A stretch of DNA of 64,000 nucleotides from Xylographa opegraphella (taxonomy: Eukaryota), in NCBI GenBank assembly GCA_022813865.1, contig JALDZX010000016.1, positions 62,001 to 126,000 of the forward strand. The letters are read 5' to 3'. The first letter of the stretch is position 1; each line of letters starts with the position of its first letter. A program made the translations under genes and the position numbers. Below are positions 62,523 to 64,000 of the stretch, piece by piece. Below the pieces are notes generated by a model. The model had not been told where the DNA came from, did not search any database, and was given only the letters and a program-made list of their open reading frames with translations.

Positions 62523-64000
62523 TCATGAAGCTTCGGCTGCCTCCGATGTTTCTGCCGGGGGCTGATACTCGGCCGCAGGGGCCGAGTCGACGTTCGGGGC
62601 ATCAGTCTTGGCCTCCTCTGCTGTCTCGGCCGGCGCTGTTGTTACTGGTTCGGCAGCTTCCTTCTCACCTTCGACCGTGGTGCCGATTTTGTTCTCCAGC
62701 GCCTTCTCGTTCTCCTCTTCTGGTGCAACGGCATCGACTGCGTCAGCCTTCTCGACCGCTTCCTCCGTCTCTCTGCTTGTCCCGTTTGTGGTAGCAGCTT
62801 CGGGCTTTACGTCGTCTTTTGCGTCGTCGTCTTTGTCCCCGCCAGGAGTAGGATCGTCTTGCAGGATCTTGTTCCACTTAGTAAGGAGCTCATGGGATCG
62901 CTTCTTGAATTGGTATTCCTCGTCTTTGGGGATGGAGGTCAGGCGGATCATAGCCTTGAGGACCTTGTGGATTTTTGTAGCCCGGATAATACTGCCTTCG
63001 AGGTCGGGGTAGGTCTCGAGCTTGCTGAGGAAGCCAGACATGGACTGTGGAGAAGTCAGTGTAGTATAGCAGAATATTGGGGGTGGTGCTTGCCTTAATT
63101 TCTTCCTCAGCCGGTACGGTGTCCCGAGAAAGAAAACCCTTCTGGAGTTTGTGTCGATAGTAACGTACTGAGATCATTAGCGACGTCTTTAGAGTGGGCT
63201 TCAGTGTATCTCACTCTCTTTCTCCTTCTTTTCCTTGGCTTCCGCTGGTGTAAGAGGCTTCTCCTCAACCATAGGTGTATCCATCATTTCATCATCGCTT
63301 GCCGATGCCTTTGTGGCTGACTTTTTCGCCGATGATTTTGACTTTGCTACCTTCTTCTTACTCGAGGAATCAATAGCTGGAGTCTTCGGTGTCGAGAGTT
63401 TAAGTTTGGTACCGGTTTTGGGGGTTTTCGCAGGCTGCTGCCGGGTTAGCACTCGTCATCGGACATCAGAAGCATATTCGATCGACCTTTTCGTCTCCAT
63501 CACTATCCAGGCTCTTCTTCCGCTTCTTAGACTTGGGCTTGGAATCGGCCTCATCCTCATCCACGTCCATTTCGTCAGCGTCTTCATTGACAGCAGGCGC
63601 AGAGACTTCGCCACTCTTCCTCTTCGCTTTGCTGGCCTTCCTTGCTTCACGATCCGCTTTATTTTCAGCATCCTCTTGCAGAGCGGCCATGTGGTCAGCT
63701 AGCATCGCTTTGAAGTATGCCAGATCATGTCCCTCGCCGGCAATTTCGTATGCCTCAAGTAAACTCTTGCTCTTCCCCTTGTCCGCGATATCTTTACATT
63801 CTTCAGGAGTCAAGGGATTCAGATCGGAGTTGACGATCCAGGCACTGTCCGAATTGATCAGTGTGTGCCTAATTTCAAAACAAACCTAAAACAAGAAAAC
63901 TCAAGGAATCGCTATAGGGATTGACGAGATGGTGAGACTCACAACTCATTGGTTTGCCTAATTTGGTCAGTGGATATCAAAGAACATCAATGGCAAGGGT
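62523..64000 (-). CDS. PWWP-domain chromatin protein, 5' part outside the window
   Basis: QTNEF/AWIVNSDL...KSLLEAY.IA.E.HDL.YFK.ML, RYYRHKLQKGFLSRD, and IIRATKIHKVLKAMIRL..IPKDEEYQFKKRS..LL.KW (TFIIS-N-like). Confidence 0.85.

Overview
Eukaryotic, intron-rich DNA from a filamentous ascomycete (Pezizomycotina; finer placement cannot be supported from the sequence alone). About 24 protein-coding genes can be built by hand from GT..CTRAY..YAG introns. They are mostly conserved housekeeping or regulatory loci: glycine-rich RRM protein, ChaC, peflin, MFS transporter, MEF2-type rlmA, DUF3140, Tra2-like SR protein head-to-head with intronless SF3B1/HSH155, GH31, flbC, SEC9, a P450 plus PTH11-like pair, EMC6, LCL3, EAF6, CTR2, F-box/JmjC, eIF4A, FAHD1, SRm160 and a PWWP protein. 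About 9.3-12.3 kb is decayed mobile DNA: a telomere-linked-helicase-like fragment and scrambled Ty3/gypsy pieces ending in a PPT plus LTR. The least explained structures are (1) a ~1 kb leader at 54.9-56.0 kb made of five degenerate copies of an exon+intron unit, each intron with a doubled branch-point motif, upstream of an orphan coiled-coil ORF; (2) a 143-bp tRNA-headed element with Pol III A/B boxes and a 7-bp flanking direct repeat at 46.9-47.1 kb; (3) a hairpin-dense, ORF-poor stretch at 21.9-22.8 kb; and (4) weak-donor terminal introns in both SR-family genes. No CRISPR array, rRNA or intact tRNA was seen. There are two assembly gaps (N runs). All family calls come from recalled motifs, not database searches, and exon boundaries are manual predictions.
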